Positions 18,408 to 26,965 of a stretch of 64,000 bases of DNA are shown here, piece after piece. The stretch is from Candidatus Hydrogenedentota bacterium (GTDB lineage Bacteria; Hydrogenedentota; Hydrogenedentia; Hydrogenedentales; CAITNO01). The DNA is taken from the NCBI GenBank assembly GCA_022706235.1, contig JAKJCY010000002.1, positions 609 to 64,608 of the forward strand, read 5' to 3'. The stretch's first letter is position 1. Each line of letters opens with the position of its first letter. A model generated the notes under the pieces. That model was given only the letters and a program-made list of their open reading frames with translations. It was not told the DNA's origin and did not search any database. The translations under genes and the position numbers were made by a program.

Positions 18408-18460
18408 AATTGGCGGCTGTCGCTGATAGTATATGCCAAATAAGTCATGACAGACCATGA
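18404..18460 (+). pseudogene. 18-codon stub that overlaps the UPF0175 stop (ATGA); possible remnant of the cognate toxin gene
   Basis: ATG 18404-18406 overlaps TGA 18405-18407. The stub reads MKLAAVADSICQISHDRP*. The reading frame dies inside the left direct repeat (18434-18510). Confidence 0.35.
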
Positions 18461-18510
18461 AATAGCGAGCGTGGTTTTCTTTATTGAAGTTTAGAACCGG
18501 ATCTATTTCG
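18434..18510 (+). repeat. Left copy of an approximately 75-bp imperfect direct repeat that bounds the defence cassette
   Basis: gccaaataagtcatgacagaccatgaaatagcgagcgtggttttctttattgaagtttagaaccggatctatttcg aligns by eye with 27708-27779. Confidence 0.7.
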
Positions 18511-18684
18511 TGTTCATTCACTGATTCACAAACGAACAGCATCAGCATAATGGTCAATGGGGGATCGGCTGATTTCCCTTATGAGATTTTGTCTAACAAC
18601 GGTATAAACTTTGACTTGCCGTTACGCAGCACTTCATTACCAGCCGGTTATGCGGAGCGTTGTACTGAAGAGAGATAAGACCTT

Positions 18685-21207
18685 ATGACGAAAGAAGCAA
18701 GAGCGCGAATTCTCATCAACGACCTTCTTAAAAGGGCCGGGTGGCGATTCTTCGACGACGAAACCGGACAGGCGAATATCGCCCTTGAGGCCAATGTCAA
18801 GATTAAGAAGAAGGCCCTCGACGCCTTAGGAAACGATTTCGAGAAAACATCCAGTGGCTTCGTTGACTATCTTTTGTTGGACGCGCGCGGATTCCCAATA
18901 GCCGTGTTGGAGGCCAAGTCCGAGAATCTGGACCCCCTTGTTGGTAAGGAGCAGGCACGGCGATATGCCCATTCCCAGAATGTTCGGTTCGTCATTCTTT
19001 CCAATGGTAACCTGCATTACTTCTGGGACCTCCAGCAGGGCAACCCGGTTCTAATCACGGAGTTCCCAAGACCTGATTCCTTCACGAGCTACCAAGCCTT
19101 CAACCCTAATCCTAACGCCCTGGTCGGTGAGAAGGTTGAGACTGACTACGTTGCGGTTACGCAGAATCCCAACTACCGCAACGACCCCCGCTGGACCGAT
19201 GCCGGTCAGCGTGAGGCGTTCGTCAAGGACGCGGAACTGAAGTTCCTGCGCCCGTACCAGATTCGCGCGGTCGCTGCTCTTCAAGAAGCCGTCAGCAAAG
19301 CGCAGACTCGCTTTCTATTTGAAATGGCGACCGGCACGGGCAAGACCCTGACCGCCGCCGCCGTGATCAAACTCTTCATGCGGACTGTCAACGCGAAACG
19401 CGCCCTGTTTCTTGTGGACCGGCTTGAACTCGAAACGCAGGCATGGAAAGCCTTTGTCCGTCTCCTTAAGAACGACTTCCGCACGGTCATCTACAAAGAA
19501 AACCGGGACGACTGGCGCAAGGCGGAGATCGTCGTTTCCACGGTACAGAGCCTCCAGTTCAACAACAAGTACCGCCGTCTGTTCTCGCCCGCAGATTTCG
19601 ACCTCCTGATCTCCGACGAGGCCCATCGGTCTATCGGCGGCAACAGCCGCGCCGTTTTCGAGTACTTCATCGGCTACAAACTCGGTCTTACCGCCACCCC
19701 GAAGGACTACCTCAAGAAGTTTGACCCAGCCCGGATCAATGCCCGCGACCCCCGCGAATGGGAACGTCGGCAACTGCTTGACACCTACAAGACATTCGGA
19801 TGCGAGTCCGGCGCGCCGACCTTCCGCTACAGCCTCATAGACGGCGTCCGCGAAGGCTACCTCCTGAATCCGGTCGTCGTGGATGCCCGAACAGAAATCA
19901 CCACCGAACTGCTGGCGGACGAGGGCTATGCCGTCATGCAAGAAAACGAGGACGGCGAACTTGTCGAGCAGACCTTCTTCAGCAAGGACTTCGAGAAGAA
20001 GTTCTTCTCCGACGAAACGAATGCTATTTTCTGCGACACCTTCATGAAAAACGCATTGTGCGACCCGCTCAGCGGCGAGGTCGGCAAGTCCATCATCTTC
20101 TGCGTCCGGCAAGACCACGCGACGCGGATCGTCCAGAAGTTGAACGAGATGGCCCACGCCAGGTATCCCGGCAAGTACAACTCGGACTTCGCAGTCCAGG
20201 TGACATCCAGCGTGGCCGACGCACAACAGATGGCCGCCAGCTTCGCGAACAACAACCTCAACGGCCACACTCGCTTCCTCGACGGCTACATCAGTTCCAA
20301 GACCCGCGTTTGCGTTACCGTGGGCATGATGACCACCGGCTACGACTGCGAGGACCTGCTCAACATTGTCCTGCTCCGCCCCATCTTCTCCCCGACCGAC
20401 TTCATCCAGATCAAGGGCCGAGGCACGCGTAAGTACACCTTCCGCTACACCGAGAAAGACGGTGGGCAGCCCCAGGAGCACGCGAAACCCAAGGAGAAGT
20501 TCAAACTCTTCGACTTTTTCGCCGTCTGCGAATACTTCGAGAAGAAGTTCAACTATGACGAAATCATCGAGCTTCCTTCGTTACGTCCGCCGGGACCACC
20601 CCCACCGCCACCGCCCCCACCGGGACCGGACGGCTACACAAATGTTGATCCCGACCCGCTCAGGTCGCAGATAGAGTATGTCGTCCCCGTTTATGGCATG
20701 AAGATTGACCGCAAGTTCTTTGAACGCTTCGAAGATAAGGTCAAGACCGTGCCGGAGGTCAGGGCGCGCTACGAGCAAGGCGACATCAAAGGCGCGGAGG
20801 AGGTCGTCATCGCCACGCTGTTCAACAAACCGGAAGACTTCTTCAATCTCGACAAACTGCGCAAGGCAGTCCAGGCTGACCGCCGCATCACGCTCCGGGA
20901 GATTCTTGCAAAAGCATTCGGCGAAATTGACCGGTTCCCTTCCAAGGACGAGTTGCTGGAAGAGGAATTGGCGAAGTTCGTCTCCATCCACAAGCCGGAC
21001 GCTCCGCACATGCCCGTCATCGGCCAGTTCTTCAAAGCATATCTGACCGATGGCGCGGTCCGCGCGATCGTGGACTCTCGCGAATTCGGGCGACTGGCTG
21101 ATAATCCCAAAGTCTCACTGGCCGACATCAAGGCGCTGAACGGCTGGCGCGATGTTATCCCGGAGTATGTGAAAGACTACGTATCATTGAACCAGTTTGC
21201 CGCATAG
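18685..21207 (+). CDS. hsdR: Type I restriction enzyme R subunit (HsdR, EcoEI-like C-terminal domain)
   Basis: 840 aa. N-terminal PD-(D/E)xK-like motif (DYLLLDARGFPIAVLEAKS). Helicase motifs: MATGTGKT, DEAH (ISDEAHRS), LGLTATP, QIKGRGTR. A poly-Pro linker precedes the C-terminal helical domain. Confidence 0.9.
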   Translation: MTKEARARILINDLLKRAGWRFFDDETGQANIALEANVKIKKKALDALGNDFEKTSSGFVDYLLLDARGFPIAVLEAKSENLDPLVGKEQARRYAHSQNVRFVILSNGNLHYFWDLQQGNPVLITEFPRPDSFTSYQAFNPNPNALVGEKVETDYVAVTQNPNYRNDPRWTDAGQREAFVKDAELKFLRPYQIRAVAALQEAVSKAQTRFLFEMATGTGKTLTAAAVIKLFMRTVNAKRALFLVDRLELETQAWKAFVRLLKNDFRTVIYKENRDDWRKAEIVVSTVQSLQFNNKYRRLFSPADFDLLISDEAHRSIGGNSRAVFEYFIGYKLGLTATPKDYLKKFDPARINARDPREWERRQLLDTYKTFGCESGAPTFRYSLIDGVREGYLLNPVVVDARTEITTELLADEGYAVMQENEDGELVEQTFFSKDFEKKFFSDETNAIFCDTFMKNALCDPLSGEVGKSIIFCVRQDHATRIVQKLNEMAHARYPGKYNSDFAVQVTSSVADAQQMAASFANNNLNGHTRFLDGYISSKTRVCVTVGMMTTGYDCEDLLNIVLLRPIFSPTDFIQIKGRGTRKYTFRYTEKDGGQPQEHAKPKEKFKLFDFFAVCEYFEKKFNYDEIIELPSLRPPGPPPPPPPPPGPDGYTNVDPDPLRSQIEYVVPVYGMKIDRKFFERFEDKVKTVPEVRARYEQGDIKGAEEVVIATLFNKPEDFFNLDKLRKAVQADRRITLREILAKAFGEIDRFPSKDELLEEELAKFVSIHKPDAPHMPVIGQFFKAYLTDGAVRAIVDSREFGRLADNPKVSLADIKALNGWRDVIPEYVKDYVSLNQFAA

Positions 21208-21216
21208 GAAGAAGAC

Positions 21217-21327
21217 ATGCTCGATACCCAAACTAAATCCAAGATTGATTCCGCCCGTGACATTCTCGTCGGCAAGGTGCCCGACCCGAAATCTCAAGTG
21301 GAACAGATCACTATCGCCCTGATTTAA
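21217..21327 (+). other. Detached first 36 codons of hsdM, ending in an in-frame TAA
   Basis: ATG 21217 with AGGAAGAAG upstream. It reads MLDTQTKSKIDSARDILVGKVPDPKSQVEQITIALI*, in the same frame as ORF 21334-23673. The stop is followed by KFMDDMD. Confidence 0.75.
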
Positions 21328-21333
21328 AAGTTC

Positions 21334-23673
21334 ATGGATGACATGGACCGCCAGTCCGAGGAACTCGGCGGCAAGGCGACGTTTTTCACCGGCGAATTCA
21401 AGAAATACCGCTGGGCGCAATTGCTCGACAAGCGCTATAGCGGACATGAACGCCTGCTTCTCTATGCTGAAGGCATCGAGAAGATGAACGAGAACAAGAA
21501 CATCCCCCAACTGTTCCGGGACATTTTCAAAGGCGTCTTCCTGCCCTACCGCGACCCGGAGACACTAAATCTCTTTCTCAAGGAGATAGACGGGTTTACG
21601 TATGACCACAGCGAACGGCTCGGCGACGCGTTCGAATACTTGCTTTCCGTTCTCGGCACCCAAGGCGACGCCGGCCAGTTCCGCACCCCGCGCCACATTA
21701 TTGACTTCATCGTCGCGGTTGTGGATTCGAAAAAGAATGAGACGATTCTCGACCCCGCTTGTGGTACGGCCGGATTCCTGATTTCGGCTTACAAGCACAT
21801 CCTGAAATCCAACGAGAGTCTGACCCCCGACGAGCGTGCGTGGCTGATGACCAACTTTCGCGGCTACGACTTCGCGCCGGACATGGTGCGGCTGGCTCGT
21901 GCCAACATGTATCTTCACGGCTTCCCGAATCCCACGATTCATGAATACGACACGCTGACCAGCGAAGAACGCTGGGACGAACGCTATGATGTCATACTGG
22001 CCAATCCGCCGTTCATGTCGCCCAAGGGCGGCATCCGGCCCCACAACCGTTTCTCCATCAAGGCCAAACGTAGCGAAGTGCTTTTTGTGGATTATATCGC
22101 CGAGCATCTCAGCCCCGGCGGACGGGCCGGCATCATCGTGCCCGAGGGCATCATCTTCCAAAGCCAGACCGCCTACAAACAACTGCGGAAGATGCTCGTG
22201 GAAGAATCCCTCATCGCTGTTGTGTCTCTGCCTGCTGGTGTGTTCAACCCCTATGCCAACGTTAAGACGTCCATCCTCCTTCTCGATAAGACCCTTGCAC
22301 GCAAGACCAACGCCATTGCCTTCTTTAAAGTCGAAAACGACGGTTTTGGGCTCGGCGCACAACGACGACCTATTGAGAAGAATGATCTTCACGCCGCTTT
22401 AGCGGCAATTACGAATTACAAATTACGAATTACGAATGGGGAAGACATCTCAGACGGCGAATTCGATATGTCTTCTGATTCTCAATTCGTACTTCGTAAT
22501 TCCCAATTTGTATTTGTTCCGAAGGCACGCATTGCCGAACATGGTGATTACAATCTTAGCGGGGAGCGGTATCGGGATAATGCTGTTAGGAAGTCATCAT
22601 TCCCATTGCCGAGATTCGAGGAAGTCTGCACGCTTGCATATGGCACAAGTTTACCCAAGGAGAAGAGAATTGATGGTCCTTTCCCTGTAATTGGATCGAA
22701 CGGTATTACTGGATACCATAATGAATATCTTGTCGAAGGCCCTGCAATAATTGTGGGACGAAAGGGGTCGGCGGGCGAAGTTACCTTAATCGAGCAAAAT
22801 TGTTTTCCTATTGACACGACATACTACATCAAGCAAACTGAACCTAGTCAATCAGACATTGTTTATCTTTATTGGGTACTGAAAAGTCTCAATCTTCCGG
22901 AACTAAAAGGTGGTGCCGGTATACCCGGACTCAATAGAACGGATGTTTATCAATCGCATCAAATCCCCCTTCCTCCCTTATCGGTGCAGCAGGAAATTGT
23001 GGCGGAAATCGAGGGCTACCAAAAGGTCATCAACGGTGCCCGCGCCGTTCTCGACAACTACCGCCCCCACATTCCCATTGATCCTGAGTGGCCGATGGTG
23101 GAGTTGGGGGAGGTGTGTGAAATTAATCCCAAGAAATCAGAAGTTTTCGGAATTGATAAAACATCGTTGGTTTCATTTGTCCCAATGGCTGATCTTAATG
23201 AACATGAGATGTATTTTGAACCTAAGGAGAAAAAAAAGCTGAGCGAAGTTACATCCAGTTATACGTATTTCAAAGATGGGGATGTATTGATAGCAAAAGT
23301 AACCCCTTGTTTTGAGAATGGTAAGGCTGGCATTGCACGCAACCTCATTAACGGAATCGCCTTTGGGTCAAGTGAGTTCTATGTATTGCGCCCGAATGGA
23401 ACTGCTTTATCTGAATGGCTTTTTCTTAGTGTAGCGAATCCAACAATTCGCAATATTGCCAAAGAACAAATGACCGGCACAGGAGGCTTGCAGCGGGTAC
23501 CAAAGGCAGTTCTTGTAGAATATACTATCCCCCTGCCGCCCCTCGCCACGCAGCAGGCCATTGTTGCGGAGATAGAAACGGAGCGGGCGCTGGTGAGTGC
23601 GAACCGGGAATTGATTGCCCGGATGGAAAAGAAGATACAGGGGACGCTGGCGAGAATTTGGGGGGAAAAGTAA
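21334..23673 (+). CDS. hsdM: Type I R-M methyltransferase fused to a specificity subunit (HsdM-HsdS fusion, 779 aa as an open frame)
   Basis: N6-adenine methyltransferase motifs: FRTPRHII, DPACGTAGFL, NPPF. From about aa 400 there are two target-recognition-domain-like halves. Each ends in the conserved HsdS helix (PLPPLSVQQEIVAEIE and PLPPLATQQAIVAEIE). Confidence 0.85.
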   Translation: MDDMDRQSEELGGKATFFTGEFKKYRWAQLLDKRYSGHERLLLYAEGIEKMNENKNIPQLFRDIFKGVFLPYRDPETLNLFLKEIDGFTYDHSERLGDAFEYLLSVLGTQGDAGQFRTPRHIIDFIVAVVDSKKNETILDPACGTAGFLISAYKHILKSNESLTPDERAWLMTNFRGYDFAPDMVRLARANMYLHGFPNPTIHEYDTLTSEERWDERYDVILANPPFMSPKGGIRPHNRFSIKAKRSEVLFVDYIAEHLSPGGRAGIIVPEGIIFQSQTAYKQLRKMLVEESLIAVVSLPAGVFNPYANVKTSILLLDKTLARKTNAIAFFKVENDGFGLGAQRRPIEKNDLHAALAAITNYKLRITNGEDISDGEFDMSSDSQFVLRNSQFVFVPKARIAEHGDYNLSGERYRDNAVRKSSFPLPRFEEVCTLAYGTSLPKEKRIDGPFPVIGSNGITGYHNEYLVEGPAIIVGRKGSAGEVTLIEQNCFPIDTTYYIKQTEPSQSDIVYLYWVLKSLNLPELKGGAGIPGLNRTDVYQSHQIPLPPLSVQQEIVAEIEGYQKVINGARAVLDNYRPHIPIDPEWPMVELGEVCEINPKKSEVFGIDKTSLVSFVPMADLNEHEMYFEPKEKKKLSEVTSSYTYFKDGDVLIAKVTPCFENGKAGIARNLINGIAFGSSEFYVLRPNGTALSEWLFLSVANPTIRNIAKEQMTGTGGLQRVPKAVLVEYTIPLPPLATQQAIVAEIETERALVSANRELIARMEKKIQGTLARIWGEK
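22407..22512 (+). repeat. About 106-nt nested palindromic element built from AATTACG heptamers, read through in-frame at the M/S junction
   Basis: Direct heptamers at 22407-22437 (aattacg aattaca aattacg aattacg). Inner 8-bp inverted repeat gaagacat/atgtcttc at 22441-22448 and 22468-22475. Inverted heptamers at 22483-22512. Confidence 0.75.
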
Positions 23674-23706
23674 TTACGAATTACGAATTACGAATTGGGA
23701 ATTGAC
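23672..23706 (+). repeat. Second AATTACG heptamer array (5 units), immediately after the hsdM-S stop
   Basis: aattacg aattacg aattacg aattggg aattgac, in the same orientation as 22407-22437. Confidence 0.8.
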
Positions 23707-24179
23707 AAGCGCAGTATTTGCAGCAGGTCGACATTCACAAATTCAGGGCTGGTACATACAGATACAAAGTCTGGTTTAGGCCATCCACGAGGAATATTAC
23801 GGCTTGTATTGAACCTGGACGCCAGTGTTGTCCAAGTTGCATCATCGAGCCACATTTCGGGGGAATCAATTCGCTCCTCGACCAGCCAATGGACGCGACA
23901 GGCGGGCCATCGGCGCATGGCATGATACATGCAATTGCCGATGTTACATTGCTTTTTTTCGTCCATCATGTCATGATGCTCATCCACGTGAAGAATGTGT
24001 GATGGGGCAGTTAAGGTACCGCGCTGTATGCGCTGTGTCCACCGGGTCACGGCATGATTGTGCTTATTCACAACAAAGTCAACGGGACGACCGGCCCAAG
24101 CGAGCATTTGTTCCAGACGTCGCACAGGATCGGACATCAGGTTGAAATAATCCAAGTCAATGTCCAGTATAGAACTCAT
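23688..24179 (-). CDS. UPF0489-like protein (arginase/deacetylase-type HxDxHxD-like motif)
   Basis: The track ORF is 23688-24197. The likely start is the ATG at 24179 (MSSILDIDLDYF...). Motifs: VVNKHNHAV, ILHVDEHHDMM, NIGNCMYHAM. These resemble the UPF0489 (C5orf22-like) family from memory. Confidence 0.5.
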   Translation of the reverse strand: MSSILDIDLDYFNLMSDPVRRLEQMLAWAGRPVDFVVNKHNHAVTRWTQRIQRGTLTAPSHILHVDEHHDMMDEKKQCNIGNCMYHAMRRWPACRVHWLVEERIDSPEMWLDDATWTTLASRFNTSRNIPRGWPKPDFVSVCTSPEFVNVDLLQILRLSIPNS

Positions 24180-24424
24180 GGGCACATGGTAACACACGTT
24201 CGACAGAACAAGCCATTCGCACCGAACCAGGCAGGAAACGGCAGTCGGTAGATGCGAAGCGGGAATTGATTGTATAAATGGGGGATAGATGCACTATAAA
24301 TCGTCCTGCATTTCGGGAAAAGAGGTTTAACATGGATGCACAGGATAAAGAAAAATCCTGTCTATCCTGTTCATTGCTGTAAATACGATTCTGAAAGCGA
24401 CTGCACTTCGGATTTATTGCTCCA

Positions 24425-25027
24425 CTACTTCCCATCCTTCAGGATATTTTCTACGAGTCTGTAAACAGTCGTACTGCCATGAATATGCGGCCAGTCGGCA
24501 CATGGGGGGTTATCCTTGACTTGGGCCCTGTGAATGGCGGCCTGGATTCTGTTCACCGGGAATTCGTTTTCTTTGATTCCTTTGTCGTATCCTGGTAGAT
24601 ACTGTTCGAGTCGCCTTATACACTCTTGGGCAGACGATATTCCGAATCCCTCTTCGAAGTGAAGCAATAGCCAAAACTCAAAGTTGGGATTGCTGAGGGC
24701 GAGTCCACGATTTTTCGCTTGCTGCGCCCATGTGTACAGTTCTTTAAGCTGATCGTCCGTCCATTGGTCTTTGTCAACCACCAGCCAAGCCTCATCGGTT
24801 TTTTTTAAGTGCTCCTCTTTTAGGTAGTCCTTCATGCGCTTCAGCACTTTCCCCGGCGCACTTTTAATATCTCCTTTAAGGCACTTGACCTTTACCAGGG
24901 TATGGCGGTCGTTAAACATCGAAAAATATCCGGGCTCTGTTTTACTTCCTTCCGTTGCGATGACAAACATTTTTCGGTAGCGGCGCTCGCCAAGAGGGCG
25001 CTTTAAGACTCTTCGTTTTGCTGCCAT
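24425..25027 (-). CDS. RloB-like (AbiLii-like) protein
   Basis: Motifs: FVIATEGSKTEPGYF, WLVVDKDQW, LALSNPNFEFWLLLHF. The ATG at 25027-25025 shares one base with the TGA of the upstream ATPase gene (TGATG), indicating translational coupling. Confidence 0.85.
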   Translation of the reverse strand: MAAKRRVLKRPLGERRYRKMFVIATEGSKTEPGYFSMFNDRHTLVKVKCLKGDIKSAPGKVLKRMKDYLKEEHLKKTDEAWLVVDKDQWTDDQLKELYTWAQQAKNRGLALSNPNFEFWLLLHFEEGFGISSAQECIRRLEQYLPGYDKGIKENEFPVNRIQAAIHRAQVKDNPPCADWPHIHGSTTVYRLVENILKDGK

Positions 25028-26364
25028 CAGTTCCGTTCCCCATCGCTTTGGGCGATACACGGGGCAGACGTCGTATCGGCCAGAAGAATGCGGGGAATCC
25101 CGCCCAAGCGCCCCTGCAGGTAACTCTTAAGAATATCCTTGTCGTAGCGCACATCCTTGAATTCGCTGAAAGAATAAAGTCTGGATTCCCCCACCGGGCC
25201 TCGCTCAGTCACCCACATTTCATCACGTCGCAACAAACGCTGGTCCATGAGCAACACATCATGAGTAGTCAGCAACAATTGTTTCCGTGTTGTGGGGGAG
25301 CATGTGACCAGATAGGCCTCAAGAAGTCGCCTGGTAAGCAAGGTATGCAGACTCCGATCAATCTCATCAATGACATAGACCTTTGTGGTACTGGAATCCA
25401 TGAGTTCCACAAAAGCGGGCAACAGGTCAATAATCCTCTGGGAACCGTCTGATTCCTGCTGCATTTCAAACTTTGCTTCCCCTCCCTCTGCATTGGCGTG
25501 GTAGGTAACCAGTTTCTTGGCAACCAGGTCGCCTTGATCCCTGGTAATGATAAAACGATCGTTCATTGCATCAATACGTATTGTATTCTCTTCTTTAAGG
25601 TCCTCTTGTATTCGTGTCTTAATCGAATTGGGAAGGAGCAAATTTTTAAATGCAATCGTGTCGGCGCCCAAATGGTCAATGCCTGTGTCCAACTGCTGCA
25701 ACATCGTATTCATCGTTTCGTAGAGCGGATTGCTTTCATCAAAAAACTGTTCAAAAGGTTCGAATCGAGCGTCTGGAGCAATCATCACCAGCGTATCTTT
25801 GAACCAATTATAAACCGGACTGAAATGTTCCACTTTTTGGGATACGGAGTTGGTCAAAAAAAGCTGATTGTCTCTAGTGCCCTTTGCCGCAAATCTTAGA
25901 AAGTCGCCATCGGACAATGATTTATCAAAGGTTATTTTTCCTTCACAACGATTGTACAACACCTTTTCCGAGGCCTTCTTTATGCACACCAATTTTTCCC
26001 GAATAACCGCTTTATTAGTGACAGCAAAGCTGAATTCATACATGGTTTCGTCAACACACAGCTCAAAAACAAACTGCGAAGGTCGGCTCTGGTAGTCCTT
26101 GTCTAAAAGGAAAGTCTTCACGGGAATAAGGCTTTCCGGTCGTGTTCCTCGGACAACCAGTTTTTTGGCAAAATTCATCGCCATGAAGAAGTTTGTTTTA
26201 CCAGAGGCATTCCCGCCATAAATTGCAGCTATGGGTAAGATACGTGCATACGTTTCAACGTCCGCGACACGGTCGTCGTGCTGGCGCTCACGTGTGGCAA
26301 TCATTGAAAATTTGACCTTGTCACGGAAAGACATCCAATTTTCTACAGAGAAGCTGATAAGCAT
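25027..26364 (-). CDS. AAA15/AAA21-type ATPase (AbiLi/RloA-like)
   Basis: The likely start is the ATG at 26364 ([19 protein letters not shown]...) with AAGGA upstream. Walker [10 protein letters not shown]. Walker B/D-loop [18 protein letters not shown]-like architecture. Confidence 0.85.
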   Translation of the reverse strand: MLISFSVENWMSFRDKVKFSMIATRERQHDDRVADVETYARILPIAAIYGGNASGKTNFFMAMNFAKKLVVRGTRPESLIPVKTFLLDKDYQSRPSQFVFELCVDETMYEFSFAVTNKAVIREKLVCIKKASEKVLYNRCEGKITFDKSLSDGDFLRFAAKGTRDNQLFLTNSVSQKVEHFSPVYNWFKDTLVMIAPDARFEPFEQFFDESNPLYETMNTMLQQLDTGIDHLGADTIAFKNLLLPNSIKTRIQEDLKEENTIRIDAMNDRFIITRDQGDLVAKKLVTYHANAEGGEAKFEMQQESDGSQRIIDLLPAFVELMDSSTTKVYVIDEIDRSLHTLLTRRLLEAYLVTCSPTTRKQLLLTTHDVLLMDQRLLRRDEMWVTERGPVGESRLYSFSEFKDVRYDKDILKSYLQGRLGGIPRILLADTTSAPCIAQSDGERN

Positions 26365-26682
26365 GTTTTGTATCCTTGAGAGATATTTTCTCTTAATGGA
26401 TAATATAATACCAAATACCTGACTATTTTTCAACTTGTAAGAGAAATTTTCTCTCAATGTAACAAGATACAGATATTTATAATTCCATCTGCCTTGTTGG
26501 CGTCAGAGCAGAGTTCAGTAGAACGCTGGGTACTGCCAAGGACTCAATTTTCTGCCGATTCCTATGTAATCTTGAGCACCATTTTGCATATCCTGCCAAT
26601 GTGGTTCATACTATCTGTGAACATTTAAGTGATTATGCAGGAAGCGTTGTCGCGCCATCCTGTCTCGAATGGGATATATGCC

Positions 26683-26760
26683 ATGAAAACCATCAAAGAC
26701 GTGCCGGAACATAGCCGTCCACAGGAGAAGCTGCGGGAGGGGGCGCGAGCGCCCTGACGG
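26683..26760 (+). pseudogene. Duplicated 5' fragment of radC
   Basis: atgaaaaccatcaaagacgtgccggaacatagccgtccacaggagaagctgcgggagggggcgcgagcgccctgacgg aligns by eye with 26984-27061 of the intact radC. It then diverges and terminates. Confidence 0.7.
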
Positions 26761-26965
26761 ATATGGATATGAAAATCTAGTGCGAAGCTGATAGAGGCAT
26801 GAGGGAAACCGGAATCGGGCCAAAAATCGGGCCATCTTGGCCTGATACAGCGAGAAAGATCTATGTAGAGCCCCTATCTGGGCATCGGACCGGATATTGT
26901 GTCCGGATTAGCTCTTCGAGGCTGCGTATCGGTGGCGCACACTTAAGCCCACTCTTCCTGCCAAA

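Noticed and set aside
19315-20481. 388-aa minus-strand ORF
   Set aside because: It is entirely antisense to hsdR, which carries clear helicase motifs. Its translation is low-complexity (G/A/V/E-rich).
21565-22392. 275-aa minus-strand ORF
   Set aside because: It is antisense to the methyltransferase part of hsdM-S (NPPF and related motifs are on the plus strand).
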